Position numbers and translations under genes: made by a program. Below are positions 25,871 through 35,053 of a DNA stretch of 64,000 bases, piece by piece (the first letter of the stretch is position 1; every line of letters starts with the position of its first letter). The stretch is from the NCBI GenBank assembly GCA_903884505.1, contig CAISET010000027.1, forward strand, positions 1,211 through 65,210, written 5' to 3'. Source of the DNA: an uncultured Candidatus Micrarchaeota archaeon (GTDB lineage: Archaea; Micrarchaeota; Micrarchaeia; Burarchaeales; Fermentimicrarchaeaceae). The notes under the pieces were generated by a model. It worked only from the letters and a program-made list of their open reading frames with translations, ran no database searches and had not been told where the DNA came from.

Positions 25871-27192
25871 ACTTCCGCGACTTCATCGAGAAGCTGACGA
25901 TTGAGGGGCAGCTGGCGCAGGTGAGGAAGGAGGTTTCGCCGGACCTCGATGCCGCGGGGCTCATCGCGCAACTGCAGGAGAAGCCCGTCCTCTTCCACAA
26001 TATCAAAGGCTCGCAGTTCCAGGTTGCAGCAGGCCTGTGTTCGAGCAGGGAGCTTGTTGCGAAGGCAGTCGGAATTCCAAAGGAAAGGCTCCTCTTCGCG
26101 CTCGCGGAGGCTGCCTCAAAGCCGAAGCCGCCGCAGATGGTTGAGCGCGCGCCGTGCCAGGAGGTCGTGGAAACCTCGGTGGATTTGGACCGCCTTCCGA
26201 TCTTCAGGCATTTCGAGAAGGACGGCGGCCCCTACATCGCGTCCGCGGTCGGGGTTCTCAAGGACCCGAAGACCGGCAGGAACATCTCGTTCCACAGGCT
26301 GATGAAGATTGGGAAGAATCGCTTCGCGGTCCGGCTTGTCGAGGGAAGGCAGACGCACACCACCTACCAGAAGTTCCTGAAGGAAGGGAGGGAGATGCCC
26401 ATCGCATTCTGCATAGGCAATTCCACGGCCCTCATGCTTGGAGGCGCCATCTCGCCCTCCCCGGGGATTGATGAGCTCGGGATTGCGAACGCGCTCGGCG
26501 AAACAAGGCTTGTGAAATGCAGGACTATTGATTTGGAGGTTCCTGCGGACAGCGAGTTCGTGCTTGAGGGCAGGCTGCTCACGGAGCAGGTGAAAGAGGG
26601 GCCCTTCGTGGATTTGACCGAAACCATGGATATCGTGCGGCAGCAGCCCGTTTTCGAGGTGGACTGCATAACGCACAGGCGCGAAGCGATATTCCAGGCG
26701 CTCCTTCCCGGAGGGCTGGAGCACAAGCTTCTGATGGGAATGCCGCGCGAGCCGACAATCTACAACGAGGTGAGCAAGGCCTGCGAATGCAAGAATGTCG
26801 TCCTGACGCCCGGCGGCTGCTCATGGCTGCACGCAGTTGTCCAGATAAGGAAGAAGAGCGAAGCCGATGGGAAGAAGGCGATTGATGCGGCGTTCAAAGG
26901 CCATTCGTCCCTAAAGCACTGTGTGATTGTTGATGATGACATAGACCCGACCGACCCTGCGCAGGTCGAGTGGGCGATTGCCACGAGATTCAGGGCCGAC
27001 AAGAGGCTTTACATCAGGGAGAACCAGCCATCCTCATCCCTGGACCCCATGGCTGACAAGCCGCCGGGGGAAAAAGCAACCTGCGCAAAGATGGGCCTTG
27101 ATGCCACGATTCCGCTGGGCGACAAGGAGAGGCCGAGGCAGAAGTTCGTGAAGACGGGATTCAAGCCCATGCGCTTGGGGGAATATGTATGA
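25867..27192 (+). CDS. ubiD: UbiD-family decarboxylase, probably anhydromevalonate-phosphate decarboxylase
   Basis: DGGPYI, NISFHR, EGPFVD, VDDDIDP, SSLDP, KMGLDAT; context with AcnX, IPK and UbiX. Confidence 0.92.
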   Translation: MNFRDFIEKLTIEGQLAQVRKEVSPDLDAAGLIAQLQEKPVLFHNIKGSQFQVAAGLCSSRELVAKAVGIPKERLLFALAEAASKPKPPQMVERAPCQEVVETSVDLDRLPIFRHFEKDGGPYIASAVGVLKDPKTGRNISFHRLMKIGKNRFAVRLVEGRQTHTTYQKFLKEGREMPIAFCIGNSTALMLGGAISPSPGIDELGIANALGETRLVKCRTIDLEVPADSEFVLEGRLLTEQVKEGPFVDLTETMDIVRQQPVFEVDCITHRREAIFQALLPGGLEHKLLMGMPREPTIYNEVSKACECKNVVLTPGGCSWLHAVVQIRKKSEADGKKAIDAAFKGHSSLKHCVIVDDDIDPTDPAQVEWAIATRFRADKRLYIRENQPSSSLDPMADKPPGEKATCAKMGLDATIPLGDKERPRQKFVKTGFKPMRLGEYV

Positions 27193-27560
27193 GCTGCGAG
27201 GATTCCCGCTGCAACTGCCTTTCATTCGGGAAAGGGAAGTTCGAAATCTCTGCATGCATAGACTCGCTGGGCAGCGACATAATCATCCTGATTGGCGGGG
27301 GGCAGAAGCCGCACGCCGGATGCGTGGTCATCTGCGAGCCGGACAAGGCGAGCGGCGAAGTGACGACTTCGGTGCACACCTTCGCGACGCACCGCGAGGA
27401 GCAGGTCGCGCGGCCCATCGCCGAGGAAGTTTGCAGGAGGACCGGCTCGAAAGTCGTCTGCGTCTGCGGAATCCATGTCGAGAAGGCGAGCAAGAAAGAT
27501 ATAGAATTGCTTGTGAGAAATACGCACGAGCTCGGAAGGATGATACTGAAATGCTTCTGA
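27189..27560 (+). CDS. LpdD-like (prenylated-flavin chaperone-like) protein
   Basis: IGGGQKPHAG...HRE...CVCGIHV...DIE pattern; coupled between ubiD and acnX. Confidence 0.7.
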   Translation: MSCEDSRCNCLSFGKGKFEISACIDSLGSDIIILIGGGQKPHAGCVVICEPDKASGEVTTSVHTFATHREEQVARPIAEEVCRRTGSKVVCVCGIHVEKASKKDIELLVRNTHELGRMILKCF

Positions 27561-28723
27561 CGAAGGATGAGGGGAAGATACTGGATGGTGAGCTGGGAGA
27601 AGGGAAACAAAAGGCCATGCAGATACTCAAGACCATAGGCGAAATCTACGATGCGGACAGGCTCATCCCAGTCACATCTGCGCAGGTCGCGGGGGTTAGC
27701 TACAAGACCATAGGCGATGCAGGCCTTGAATTTTTGGAGGACTTCGCAGCCAAGGGCGCACGGGCGAGCATTCCCGCATTCCTGAACCCCGCTGGCATGG
27801 ACCTCAAGAACTGGGAGGAGATGGGGATCCCCAGGAAGTTCGCGGAGATGCAGCTTAAGGTGATGAAGGCTTACGCTTCAATGGGAATCTCCGCGACCTG
27901 CACCTGCACGCCCTACCTCATCGGGATAAGGCCGAAGCGCGGGGAGCATATTGCCTGGAGCGAATCGTCAGCAATCTCGTTCGCAAACTCGATGCTCGGC
28001 GCGCGGACCAACAGGGAGAGCGCGGTGACGGCACTTGCCTCGGCAGTAATAGGCAAGACGCCCAATTTCGGGCTGCACCTGAACAACAACCGCGTCGCAA
28101 GCGTCGTATTCGAAATAAAGGCGGGCATGAGCAAGCTCACCGATTTCGGCGCGCTCGGGATTTTCGCGGGAAGGCTGGCGAAGGAGAGGATTCCTGCGTT
28201 TGAAGGCATGAACAGGTCATTCGCAAACGAGGACAGGATGAAGTCGCTCGGCGCGGCAATGGCTGCCTCCGGCTCCGTTGCCCTTTACTATGCGAAAGGC
28301 ATAACCCCGGAATGGGTGGTCCCTGCAGGCATTGAGAGGGTGCCGATTGAGCAGAAGCAGCTCGATGAGATGAAGGCGAAAATGCAGAGCGCGGACTCGG
28401 TCGATTTGGTCACGATAGGCTGCCCGCACTGCTCGCTGCAGGAGATTAAGGAAATCGCCTGGCGCCTCAAAGGGAAGAAGCTGAAGATGAAGCTCTGGGT
28501 CTGCACCTCGGGCAAGGTGAAGGAGCAGGCGGACAAGGAGGGCTACTCGGCGGCAATACGCGAGGCGGGCGGGCTTGTCGTCGCCGATACCTGCATGGTG
28601 GTTGCGCCCATCGAGCAGATGGGATTCAAATCAACGGGCGCGAACTCCGGGAAGGCTGCAATCTACCTCCAGAGCCTCTGCAGGCAGAAGGTTTCGTTCA
28701 AGGATGTCGAGGAGTTGCTATGA
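27551..28723 (+). CDS. Aconitase X catalytic subunit, probable phosphomevalonate dehydratase large subunit
   Basis: GVSYKTIGDAG, TCTCTPY, AWSESSA, GARTNRE, GCPHCS, DTCMVV. Confidence 0.92.
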   Translation: MLLTKDEGKILDGELGEGKQKAMQILKTIGEIYDADRLIPVTSAQVAGVSYKTIGDAGLEFLEDFAAKGARASIPAFLNPAGMDLKNWEEMGIPRKFAEMQLKVMKAYASMGISATCTCTPYLIGIRPKRGEHIAWSESSAISFANSMLGARTNRESAVTALASAVIGKTPNFGLHLNNNRVASVVFEIKAGMSKLTDFGALGIFAGRLAKERIPAFEGMNRSFANEDRMKSLGAAMAASGSVALYYAKGITPEWVVPAGIERVPIEQKQLDEMKAKMQSADSVDLVTIGCPHCSLQEIKEIAWRLKGKKLKMKLWVCTSGKVKEQADKEGYSAAIREAGGLVVADTCMVVAPIEQMGFKSTGANSGKAAIYLQSLCRQKVSFKDVEELL

Positions 28724-29118
28724 AAGTCGTTGGCCGGATAATCTCGAAGGGCATTGCAGAAGGCGAGGTGCTAATGAGCAAAGAGCCCATCTCGTTCCTC
28801 GGCGGAGTCGATGCGAAGACGGGGATAGTGGTCGAGAAGGGCCACCCGCTTGAGGACAAGAGCATAGCCGGCAAGGTCCTCGTTTTCCCGCGGGGGAAGG
28901 GCTCGACAGTGGGGAGCTATGTGCTTTATCAGTTGAAGAAAAATGGGAAGGCGCCTGCTGCCATAATCTGCACCTCGGCAGAAATAATCGTTGCCGCGGG
29001 CGCAATCATCGCAGAAATCCCGATGCTGGACAGGATTGAGGGTGACATTAACGCACTCTTCAAGAGCGGCCAGAGGGCATTCGTGAACGCGGATAAGGGG
29101 TATGTGGAGGTGTTCTGA
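28720..29118 (+). CDS. Aconitase X swivel subunit (DUF126), probable phosphomevalonate dehydratase small subunit
   Basis: ISFLGGVD, GKGSTVGSYV, APAAI. Confidence 0.92.
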   Translation: MKVVGRIISKGIAEGEVLMSKEPISFLGGVDAKTGIVVEKGHPLEDKSIAGKVLVFPRGKGSTVGSYVLYQLKKNGKAPAAIICTSAEIIVAAGAIIAEIPMLDRIEGDINALFKSGQRAFVNADKGYVEVF

Positions 29119-29660
29119 TGAAGGTCATTGCTGTCTGTGGAAGCGCGAGGAAAAATGGGAACACGGAAGCTTTGCTTGGGGCGGCGCTTGATGGCGCGAG
29201 GAAAGCAGGCGCCAAGACGGAGCTCATCACGCTGTGCGACAAGAGCATAAAGATGTGCGACGGCTGCTGCTATTGCGACACTGCGAAGAAATGCCACATC
29301 AAGGATGACATGGCGAAGGTCTTCGCAAAGCTTCTTTCCACAGATGCGATCATCTTCGGAACCCCGTGCTACTGGGACAACATGAGCGGGCTCCTGAAAA
29401 ACTTCTTCGACCGGATGAACGCTTTTTGCATCGACAGGCCGCTCAATGGGAAGAAAGCCGGGATAGTAGCGGTTAGCGGGGGAGGGAAGGAGCATGCCGA
29501 TCACGCGATTGGCGCGGTAAGGCGCTTCACCGAGGCGCAGAAGATGCATTTCGCGGCATCGATGGGCGCAAAGGCCTACAAGCCGGGCGAGATTAAAAAC
29601 GATGCGAAGAAGATGGCTGATGCGCGCGCCCTTGGCGAAGCTGTTGCGAGGATGAGATGA
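29118..29660 (+). CDS. Iron-sulfur flavoprotein / flavodoxin-family protein
   Basis: GSARKNGNT, CDGCCYC....CHIKDDM, GTPCYW, KNFFDR. Confidence 0.9.
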   Translation: MKVIAVCGSARKNGNTEALLGAALDGARKAGAKTELITLCDKSIKMCDGCCYCDTAKKCHIKDDMAKVFAKLLSTDAIIFGTPCYWDNMSGLLKNFFDRMNAFCIDRPLNGKKAGIVAVSGGGKEHADHAIGAVRRFTEAQKMHFAASMGAKAYKPGEIKNDAKKMADARALGEAVARMR

Positions 29661-30454
29661 TGCCCTCACCAGTTTTGCTGAAGCTTGGCGGAAGCCTGAT
29701 TACGGATAAGGGAAAGGCCGAGACGCCGAACCATGCCGCAATCTCACGGCTTGTTAAGGAGATTCACGAGGCGAGGAATGCCGACGGCTTCATGCTCATT
29801 GTGGGCCATGGCGGAGGCTCGTTCCCGCACCAGGCCGCGCACAAGTACCAGACGCAGAAAGGAATTGCAGGCAAGGAGAGCTATAAGGGAATCGCGCTCG
29901 TGCAGGACGCAGCCGCGCGGCTGAACCGCCTGGTTGTGAAGGCGCTGCTCGATGCGGGCGAGAACGCCATCTCAATACAGCCGTCCGCGTGCATGGTGAC
30001 CGAGGGCGGCCTAATTACGGGAGGCTACCTCAAGCCAATAGAGCGGGCGCTTGATTTCGACATGGTGCCCGTCCCTTACGGTGACGTCGCATTCGATTTG
30101 AAGCAGGGCTGCAGCATAATTTCCACTGAGAGGATACTGAGCTTCATCGCAAGGAAAGTTGGCGCGTCACGCATCGTAATCGCGGCAAACGAGGAGGGCG
30201 TTTGGGAGGATTTTCCGCAGAGGGAGAAGCTTATTCCTGAGATAAATCCGCGGAACTTCCTTCTGATGAAGAGGCACTTGCAGGGCTCTTCCTCAGTTGA
30301 TGTGACCGGCGGCATGCTCCACAAGGTGGAGAGGATGCTCGATTTGGCGAACCAGACCGGCGCCGAAGTAGTGATAATCAACGGCAGCGTACCCGGAAGA
30401 TTGCGGGACGCGCTGCTCGGGAAGAAAGTCCTTGGCACGACCGTGAAGTGTTGA
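29657..30454 (+). CDS. Isopentenyl phosphate kinase
   Basis: LKLGGSLITDK, HGGGSFPH, PYGDV, DVTGGM..KV. Confidence 0.93.
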   Translation: MMPSPVLLKLGGSLITDKGKAETPNHAAISRLVKEIHEARNADGFMLIVGHGGGSFPHQAAHKYQTQKGIAGKESYKGIALVQDAAARLNRLVVKALLDAGENAISIQPSACMVTEGGLITGGYLKPIERALDFDMVPVPYGDVAFDLKQGCSIISTERILSFIARKVGASRIVIAANEEGVWEDFPQREKLIPEINPRNFLLMKRHLQGSSSVDVTGGMLHKVERMLDLANQTGAEVVIINGSVPGRLRDALLGKKVLGTTVKC

Positions 30455-30456
30455 TT

Positions 30457-30822
30457 TTAGCCGAAGATTGCGCCCATTCCCATTTCCGCTGCGTTCTCCT
30501 CTGCCTCAATAGTTGCAATTACCTTCGCTTCCAGTCCCTTCTCAACCCTTTTCAGGCTTGCGAGCGGCGGCTGCGGCGCCTGTCCTGGCTGCGCGCCGGG
30601 CGCTGGAATCGGCTCCTTCAGCCTTGCCTCGGCCCACTTGAAGAAGTCGGCCTCACCTTTGATGCAGAGGTAGTACTTCCCCCCTTCCCCGCCGACGCCC
30701 CGCCCTTCCTTTAGCTTGTAGCCTTGGGTGGCAAAGCCCGGCTTCTGGTACGGGTCCCTCTCCAGAATCTGCTTGAGTTTCCCCTGCTCCTTCCCTTCCA
30801 CTTCGTAAACTCTACTTTCCAC
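30457..30822 (-). CDS. Conserved archaeal hypothetical protein
   Basis: Charged 121-aa ORF ending GMGAIFG; GGAGGT upstream; coupled to the upstream gene. Confidence 0.75.
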   Translation of the reverse strand: MESRVYEVEGKEQGKLKQILERDPYQKPGFATQGYKLKEGRGVGGEGGKYYLCIKGEADFFKWAEARLKEPIPAPGAQPGQAPQPPLASLKRVEKGLEAKVIATIEAEENAAEMGMGAIFG

Positions 30823-31276
30823 GCTTCCTACCTCCTTTTTTCACTTCAACGGCTTCCTTCCTGCCGCCAAGAAAGTCGAAAACATACGCTACAATTACGC
30901 CTGCCACGAGCGCGTTTATCAGGTTGGTGAAGAGCCACGTAATCACCAGCTCGGGCGAAACTGCCATTGTGAGATGCGTCATCATCAAGCCTGGCAGCGG
31001 ACCGATGAACCATATAAGGGAACCATAAAGCAGGCCCTTCGCGAGCGGCGAGCCTACGAGCGGCCTGCCAACCACGGTGTATACGACCGCATAGATGAGC
31101 CCGACCATGAGGTTCAGCAGGACTATTCCCACGAACCAGAGCATTCCCATTGGCTTCCACATGGCGGGCGAATCAAGGTAAAGGCTCGAAGTAAGGGCGC
31201 CGATGGCAATCGAAATTGCCAGCATAGCTATCCATGCCAGGATGCCTGCAGTGAAAACGGTCTTTCCGCCCATCAT
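30812..31276 (-). CDS. Four-TM membrane protein
   Basis: Hydrophobic helices, KGLLYG..WFIG motif, basic tail. Confidence 0.8.
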   Translation of the reverse strand: MMGGKTVFTAGILAWIAMLAISIAIGALTSSLYLDSPAMWKPMGMLWFVGIVLLNLMVGLIYAVVYTVVGRPLVGSPLAKGLLYGSLIWFIGPLPGLMMTHLTMAVSPELVITWLFTNLINALVAGVIVAYVFDFLGGRKEAVEVKKGGRKRGK

Positions 31277-31327
31277 ACCACCGAAACCTATTTCGGGCGG
31301 CGCATTTAAAAATCAAACCCTATCATA

Positions 31328-31642
31328 TTGGACAAGAGATGGTTAGAGATGGCGTATGATTCTGTGAGCGCAATAAACCTGGTCTTCGCAGCAGCTATAT
31401 GCGCGATTGGCCTTGTGGATTACCTCAAGCTAAGGTCGAAGCCGGCGCTCTTCATCTCAGTGGCATTCTTCTTTTTCTGGGTAACGCACATGATATCGTT
31501 CTTCGGGGTTACGGGCCTTGACCTGCCCGTCCTCGCGCTCAGGATTCTGGGCTACGCATCCGTGATATCCGCGCTCTTTGTAATCTGGAGCAGCGGCGGG
31601 AAGACTGCCCAGGCTGCGGAGAAGAAGGCGAAAAGGCGCTGA
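31328..31642 (+). CDS. Small membrane protein (about 3 TM)
   Basis: Hydrophobic ORF with a basic tail; TTTAAAA upstream. Confidence 0.75.
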   Translation: MDKRWLEMAYDSVSAINLVFAAAICAIGLVDYLKLRSKPALFISVAFFFFWVTHMISFFGVTGLDLPVLALRILGYASVISALFVIWSSGGKTAQAAEKKAKRR

Positions 31643-31668
31643 GCAGGCGAAGCTGCGGCGCAATGCCG

Positions 31669-32598
31669 CTAGTGCCTGAAGGCGAAAAGAAGCCCGGCTG
31701 CGCTTAAGAGCAGGATGAAACCTGTGCAGCAGCTCGATTCCACGCACTTTCCGTTCTGGCAGATTTGCGTTCCTGGGCAGTCGCTTGAACGTGCGCATTT
31801 AGGGGAAGGTATCGGGGTGTGGGACGGCGCCGGGGTTTCGGTTGCCGTCATTTCAGGCGTTGGAGTGAACACTGGGGTTGCGGTCGGCGCAGGCGTCTCC
31901 GTGGGTGCTGGCGTGGATGTAGGTACAGGAGTTGAAACTGGGGTGGGGGTTGGCGTGGGCGGGGCTGAAAGGCACCTGCAGTCAGGTGCAGGCATCTGGT
32001 AAAGCCCTTGCGGGCACGAGTCAAAGCACACACCTTCTAAGAAGCGCGACTTCTTTTGCGCGCACCCGTCGCTGCAGTTCGCGCACGCCTGCCCTGGCCC
32101 GATGCATGCGTCATCGAGCGTGGAATAATCCGTTCTCACCTGCCCGCCGCAAGCGGAGCAGCACGACTGCAGGCATGCAGTGTAAATCGGCTCACCCGCT
32201 GAGGCCAGCGTGATGTCCGCTGTGCCAAGCACGGTCCCGTTGCGGCTCGTGACTGCAATCTGTTGCGCGTTTTCGTTGAACGGCAAGACCACTGTGAACT
32301 CAGCCAGCTCATTCACCACAAGCCCGCCTCCGCTCGTCGAATTCGCGGGGCGGCTGATGGAAGAGAAGAGCGGGATGTTGGCAGTAGTGTTGTAAATCGC
32401 CCCGTCCGGGCCGATGATGGACACCCAGACGCTTCCGTTCGTGTCCCTGTCCGGGGCGCCCGTACCGATTACGCTTATTTCCTTCACGGTTACGTTCCCC
32501 GTGCTTGCGTTGAATTCCAGAACCGCGAAGTAGCTCTTCGCGGCCGCTATTGAGGCTAGGGCGGAAAGCAGCAGTGCAATGATGAGCAGGCGCTTCAT
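31669..32598 (-). CDS. Secreted Cys-rich, PT-linker protein with a C-terminal membrane anchor
   Basis: Signal peptide, beta-rich domain, Cys-rich modules, PT repeats, ends CCTGF-TM-RH. Confidence 0.85.
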   Translation of the reverse strand: MKRLLIIALLLSALASIAAAKSYFAVLEFNASTGNVTVKEISVIGTGAPDRDTNGSVWVSIIGPDGAIYNTTANIPLFSSISRPANSTSGGGLVVNELAEFTVVLPFNENAQQIAVTSRNGTVLGTADITLASAGEPIYTACLQSCCSACGGQVRTDYSTLDDACIGPGQACANCSDGCAQKKSRFLEGVCFDSCPQGLYQMPAPDCRCLSAPPTPTPTPVSTPVPTSTPAPTETPAPTATPVFTPTPEMTATETPAPSHTPIPSPKCARSSDCPGTQICQNGKCVESSCCTGFILLLSAAGLLFAFRH

Positions 32599-32602
32599 CC
32601 GA

Positions 32603-33874
32603 TCACTTCACATAATCTACTAGGTGGTTGTCCACTATCTTGATGCACACTTCGTTGAACATCCCGGCCTTCCCGTCCTCGCCGTCCATTATGCTCTGGT
32701 TCGTGGAGCGGTACCAGCCCGGGGACGTGCAGCCGGCGATGCAGTCGGTGTGCCACGGGTGGCCGACCCATCCGCCAAACCACGTCCTGCAGTCATACTG
32801 CAGGTCGATGTAGGAGAACAAGTCAGGGACATAGCAGTTGGCAGTCTCGTAATAGCCGGAATGCCACCATTCGCCGAGCTGCTGTATGCCGGGAAGCTCG
32901 GAGTAAACGTATTCGTCCCACAGGCCGAACATGTGCCCTGTCTCGTGTATGGCGTAGGTGTGCACGGGGGTGAAAAGGGTGTCGTTGCGCAAAACGTATG
33001 CATTTTTTCCGCCTATCTCGGCGTACGGCTCGTGCCTCCTGAGGCTATAGAAGATGTACTTGTCAGCCTGCGAGCACCTTTGTCTTCCAACGCTTTCGCT
33101 TTGCGACTCGTTTATCAGCGTCACCCAGAAGTTTATCTTGCTCATATTCGAGGCGAAGGGCTCTGCCCGCGCGAAGCCCTGAGTTATCAGCGTGTTCACA
33201 TCGTTATAGAAGGCAGTTTCCCTGCCGGCAGCCGGCACGTCCCAATATTCGCCTATTATCGCGATGTCCAGCTTGTTTCCCGCCTTGCTGCCGTTCTGGT
33301 AGAGCCGGCACCCGCACTCTGGGCTCGTGCTGTTCGGATCGAATTGGTTGAAGCAGTCCAGGTCAGCGCAGTCAACATAGCAGTCCTTGTCGTTGTCAAT
33401 ACCGTCGCCGCAGATGGACTCCACGTTGTTGGGCGGCTGCAGCACGCAAGGCCCGCCGCAGTCAATGCCGAGTTCCCCGGGATCCTTAACTCCGTTGGAA
33501 CACGGGTCCGGAGTCGGCGTCGGAGTAGGTGTAGGGGTAGGAGTGGGGGTTGGCGCCGGAGTCACAACAGGCGTCGGCGTGGGAACCTCGCTTGGGAGCA
33601 TGCAGGAGCAGGAATCGCCCTCGCAATAGCAGATTTGGTTTTCTGCGCAGCCGGGGATGCATCCGCCGAGCGGCTCCATATACTCCGAATAGGGGCAATA
33701 GCAGACGCAGCCACTCTCCGGGCATGCACACGCGGAAGGGGCGGTGCACCTATTACTATGCGAGCATGGGATATCACCGCAAAGGAAACAGTTCATGTAA
33801 CCGACCGGGCACTCGCCTGCCGAGGAGAGCAAGGCGAAACCAACAACAATGACAACCAGAAGAGCCCACCGCAT
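32603..33874 (-). CDS. Secreted zinc metallopeptidase (M64/IgA-peptidase-like) with a Cys-rich N-terminus
   Basis: KLDIAIIG, EPFA...KINFW, HETGHMFGLWDEY, YRS..SIM...FNEVC. Confidence 0.85.
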   Translation of the reverse strand: MRWALLVVIVVGFALLSSAGECPVGYMNCFLCGDIPCSHSNRCTAPSACACPESGCVCYCPYSEYMEPLGGCIPGCAENQICYCEGDSCSCMLPSEVPTPTPVVTPAPTPTPTPTPTPTPTPDPCSNGVKDPGELGIDCGGPCVLQPPNNVESICGDGIDNDKDCYVDCADLDCFNQFDPNSTSPECGCRLYQNGSKAGNKLDIAIIGEYWDVPAAGRETAFYNDVNTLITQGFARAEPFASNMSKINFWVTLINESQSESVGRQRCSQADKYIFYSLRRHEPYAEIGGKNAYVLRNDTLFTPVHTYAIHETGHMFGLWDEYVYSELPGIQQLGEWWHSGYYETANCYVPDLFSYIDLQYDCRTWFGGWVGHPWHTDCIAGCTSPGWYRSTNQSIMDGEDGKAGMFNEVCIKIVDNHLVDYVK

Positions 33875-33970
33875 AATGCAACTTTTGTGGAGCGCATCGG
33901 TTTATAATGATGCTTGGCTGGCGGAAGCAGGTTTTAAATGCGGCGCAAGGCAAAGGGGACAGGAGTCAAA

Positions 33971-35053
33971 ATGATACCGTTCCTTGACCTGAAGGCCCAA
34001 TTCCTGGGATTGAAACCTGAAATTGAGCGGGAGGTTTCGCGCGTCTTTTCGAACGGCAGGTTCATACTCGGGGAGAATGTCGGGCTGTTCGAGAAGGAGT
34101 TCGCCGCCTACTGCGGCGGGAAACACTGCGTGGGCGTTGGAAACGGAACCGATGCGCTCTATCTCTCGCTCGCCTCCTGCGGAGTGGCCTCCGGAAGCGA
34201 AGTGGCGACTGTCTCGCACACCGCAGTGGCGACCGGCACCGCGATTTATGGCGCAGGCGCAACCCCCGTTTTCGTTGACATCGACCCTCTTACCTTTACG
34301 ATGGACGCGAAGAAGCTGGAGCGCGCAATAACGCCAAAAACGAAAGCCATCCTGCCGGTCCATTTATACGGGCACCCGTGCGACCTTTCCCAGATTTACG
34401 AGATTGCTGAACGGCACAGCCTGCCGGTCGTTGAAGATTGCGCGCAGGCCCATGGCTCGGAATTCCGCGGCAAAAAGCTCCCGTGGAGGGGCGGGATAGG
34501 GAGCTACAGATTCTATCCCACGAAGAACCTCGGCGCATACGGGGATGCAGGCGCAATATTGACTGGGGATGAGAAGCTGGCCGGGAAGCTCCGCATGCTG
34601 CGCGACTACGGGCGCAGGGACAGGCACCGCCAGGGGTTCCACGGGCTGAACAGCAGGCTCGACGAGCTCCAGGCAGCCTTCCTGAGGGTGAAGCTCAGGC
34701 ACCTGGATGAATGGAATGGGATGCGGAGGCAACACGCGAATCTCTACGGCGAGTTGCTCCAGGGCGTTGCAACTCCGAAAGAGATGAAATGGGCGAAGCA
34801 CAACTACCATCTTTACGTAATCCGCTCAAAGAAGAGGGACCGGCTGCAGGCATTCCTTGCGAAAAAAGGGATAGGCGCTGAAATCCACTACCCGGTTCCC
34901 CTGCATCTTCAGGACTCCTGGAAATTTTTGCCGAAGAAAAGGCTGCCGGAAACGGAAAAGGCCTGCAATGAGGTGCTTTCGCTTCCAATCTATCCCGAGC
35001 TTTCGCAAAGCCAGATAGAACGAGTTGCGCAAGCGGTGAATGGGTGCCCGTGA
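33971..35053 (+). CDS. DegT/DnrJ/EryC1/StrS sugar aminotransferase
   Basis: MIPFLDL, GNGTDAL, PVHLYG, EDCAQAHG, FYPTKNLGAYGD, NSRLDELQAA. Confidence 0.94.
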   Translation: MIPFLDLKAQFLGLKPEIEREVSRVFSNGRFILGENVGLFEKEFAAYCGGKHCVGVGNGTDALYLSLASCGVASGSEVATVSHTAVATGTAIYGAGATPVFVDIDPLTFTMDAKKLERAITPKTKAILPVHLYGHPCDLSQIYEIAERHSLPVVEDCAQAHGSEFRGKKLPWRGGIGSYRFYPTKNLGAYGDAGAILTGDEKLAGKLRMLRDYGRRDRHRQGFHGLNSRLDELQAAFLRVKLRHLDEWNGMRRQHANLYGELLQGVATPKEMKWAKHNYHLYVIRSKKRDRLQAFLAKKGIGAEIHYPVPLHLQDSWKFLPKKRLPETEKACNEVLSLPIYPELSQSQIERVAQAVNGCP

